A DNA stretch of 64,000 nucleotides, from contig MU058722.1 in assembly GCA_013265495.1 (NCBI GenBank), positions 1 through 64,000 on the forward strand, given 5' to 3'. The notes beneath the pieces were generated by a model. It had not been told where the DNA came from, ran no database searches, and worked only from the letters and a program-made list of their open reading frames with translations. The DNA comes from Vicugna vicugna (Eukaryota). The translations under genes and the position numbers were made by a program. This document shows positions 61,581 to 64,000 of this stretch, one piece after another (the stretch's first letter is position 1; every line of letters starts with the position of its first letter).

Positions 61581-64000
61581 ATGGATGAGATAATATCAGG
61601 GCTAAATTTCAGTCCTAAGCAGACTAGATAATGCAGAGGGACGCATGAATGACAGTGAAGACAGGGGAACAGAAATCCCTCTGTCAGAAGCAGACATACA
61701 AAAGCAAGTGCAAACCAATGAAAACTTTGTTGTTGAATCCTGGGGTAACATAAGGCATGAAAGAGTAGGATTCATAAGAGTCACGGATGGAATTTCAAGA
61801 GATTAAAAAAAAAAGGCTGAAAAGTTATCTGTAGACAAATCAGACTGAAACTTGCTGAAAGCCAAGAAAGAAGCATCTATACGAATTCAGGAAGTACACA
61901 GCATCCAAAGGTGGTGGAATCCCAATAGACCTACAAGCAGCTGTATGATTCAAATCAACAAAGTTCATGAGCATCCAAGTGAATTGAAATGCACCTGGAG
62001 GAAAGCAACATAGTCACAAGAGAACCTCCAGAGGGGTTTAAGCTGATATATCGGCAGTAATATTGCAGGACAGGGAGGAGTGCCAGGACTTAGACCATAA
62101 CTTGAAAGGGAAAAAGCTGCAATTGGGTTGCCTAGGCCACATGACTGCAATTTCTAATAATGGCAGTGCTAGAGAATTCCACAGACCAGCAAATCTTAAA
62201 AGAATTCAGCAGTACAAAACTTATCCTAAAAGAAAGATTGAGAATTCTACCCTGAATAGAAAAGCAGCAAGAAGAAATGGAAATAAGAAAACCAGTATTG
62301 GAAATGCAAGAAGAGCATGAGTTGCAAAGAATACACAATAAGAAAGCAAGGAGGACATCAAAACCTTAAAGATGGGAGAGGGAAGCAGGAAATCATAGGT
62401 GATTGTAAGCACTATCTTAAGTGAATCAGCTTATATGACTCTCTGTTTGAAGCGAATGGAGAGATGCATGACCTGATGTTTTTGCAAAACAAACGAGAAG
62501 CAATCAATCAGACAAACAAGCAAGTACCAAAAGTGTAGGTTTGGCTGACATATAACAAAGGAACCATGATTATTCAAAAGAAAATACTCAAGGTGATGTC
62601 AAGGATCTTTCAGCACACAATGACCCAATATCGCGGCTTGCATGTACCAACACACCTGTACTCAGAAAAAACATGCTTGCATTAATATTCATAAATACTG
62701 ATTCATAAGAGCATATCGTGTCCTAACCAAAATGCCGATTTTGAAGAAAATGGATTCATAGTCCGTGATATAGACTTGCATGTCTTCCAACATGATGAAT
62801 GAATGCCATATTCTACCCTACGTAAGAAGAAAAGGCATAAGCCTATAACAAATACAAGTAGCTCTGCAAAACTGTACTAAGAGCAAAAGAGACAGATTTT
62901 AAAGTGCACTTTAGGACTGGTTTCATTTCTAGGAATTTCTGCCCCCATGAAATAAATGGATCCATGTCAAGAGAGTGTGGGTGCTTCAGCAGAAATCAAC
63001 TGACGGTTATGTATTCTGGGTTTATGGAGATTACAGACACATAAGTTTCCTTATTGGGTGTCTGTGTACTGTGAACTGTTAGAAAGTTTAAAGACGTGTG
63101 AAACCATAAACTCTTAATGGACACACTTCCCTCCGTTTGTACTGTGCATACAGATCTGAACAAAAAGAAAGAGGGAAGAAAAAAGGCCGGTGGGACGCTA
63201 GTGGGTAGAATCACATTTACTTAGAAACCTCTCGTCTGATGCAGCCCCTCCTCCAACATTGACAAGATGCAGCAACCACTGGGGATGGCAGTTTCCGGTT
63301 GGATTACAGGTGGATTGTTGGTGTGTAGTGCGAGGCTTGTTGTGGCTGGTGGATCCTAGGTAACTGTGCAGAGTTCTGTGGGTGGATCAGTGTGAAGGAG
63401 GGGCTGCCACCCTCTGTGGAGCTTGGCTTATGTCTTTTTATCGGGAAACTGTGTATGTTCGAGATACTGCTGCTGCCCAAAAACCTGAGTTCACGGGTCA
63501 GTTTCCAGAACCTGAAAGGGCAGACAGTGGAAGATCTGCCTGTCTTCAGCTTACTGGTGAGGCTCCGAGGTACTTTCAGACTTGCCCAGTCCTGTTGAGG
63601 TGGACTTTATGGGATACACGAAGAGAAAATGGCAGAAAAGTTGCCTGCATTGGTTGAGGATAGATGCAAATACATTGATGAGAGTTTTTTGGCTACAATG
63701 GAGAATACTGGCATGGAGACATCTGTAGAGTATATCAGGCTCGAAAGACATTCATGAGACATATTGAACCTCGCTGATCCTGGCAGAAACATATGGAGTG
63801 TCAACGTGGACTTGAGGAAGTTACACAATTCTCTGCTCCAAGGACAGGTCCACGATCCCTGATGTCTAACAGAGAAGAGATGGCAGAGATGATAAGACGC
63901 TCATATTCTTGGAAGAGGTCGTGAGAATCCCCACTTCCCAAGGGGCATTTCCAAACCATTCATAACAAAATGCACCAAGCCCAGGTAAGCCTTTTCCCAA
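61581..64000 (+). repeat. Macrosatellite unit U9 (partial, cut by window end)
   Basis: Colinear with the first 2.4 kb of the other units. Confidence 0.95.

Larger units (their letters stand above)
18702..64000 (+). repeat. ~5.3-kb-unit tandem macrosatellite, 8 full units plus one partial, runs off the right edge
   Basis: The anchor ATGGATGAGATAAT (or 1-2 mismatch variants) recurs at 18708, 24008, 29305, 35086, 40375, 45659, 50913, 56201 and 61581 (spacings 5300, 5297, 5781, 5289, 5284, 5254, 5288, 5380). Sequence between anchors is colinear. Confidence 0.98.

Overview
Mammalian (probably camelid, judged from the L1 3' ends and the absence of Alu/B1/Bov/PRE1/CAN SINEs) AT-rich, L1-dense DNA with no confidently intact protein-coding gene. 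Bases 1-18,700 are a nest of L1 fragments of several ages, mostly on the + strand and including two 5'-inverted copies. They also hold a MER21-like LTR, an L2 remnant, a tailless tRNA-Gly 5'-half retrocopy with a 16-bp TSD, and a weak PAGE/XAGE-like exon remnant. From ~18,700 to the end of the window (and presumably beyond) is a head-to-tail macrosatellite of 8 complete copies plus one partial copy of a ~5.3-kb unit. Each unit consists of a heavily diverged L1 5'UTR + ORF1 + inter-ORF spacer (no ORF2), a (CAAA)n tract, an old L1M 3' end, and ~2 kb of non-TE sequence. That 2 kb carries a phase-consistent four-exon gene-like cassette (about 254 codons when reconstructed) that I cannot assign to a family. 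In hand-counted samples the copies differ by 10-23% substitutions, which are transversion-rich and nearly indel-free. They form two positional subfamilies and show gene-conversion-like tracts. Repeat-family names come from memory of consensus sequences, not from a database search.
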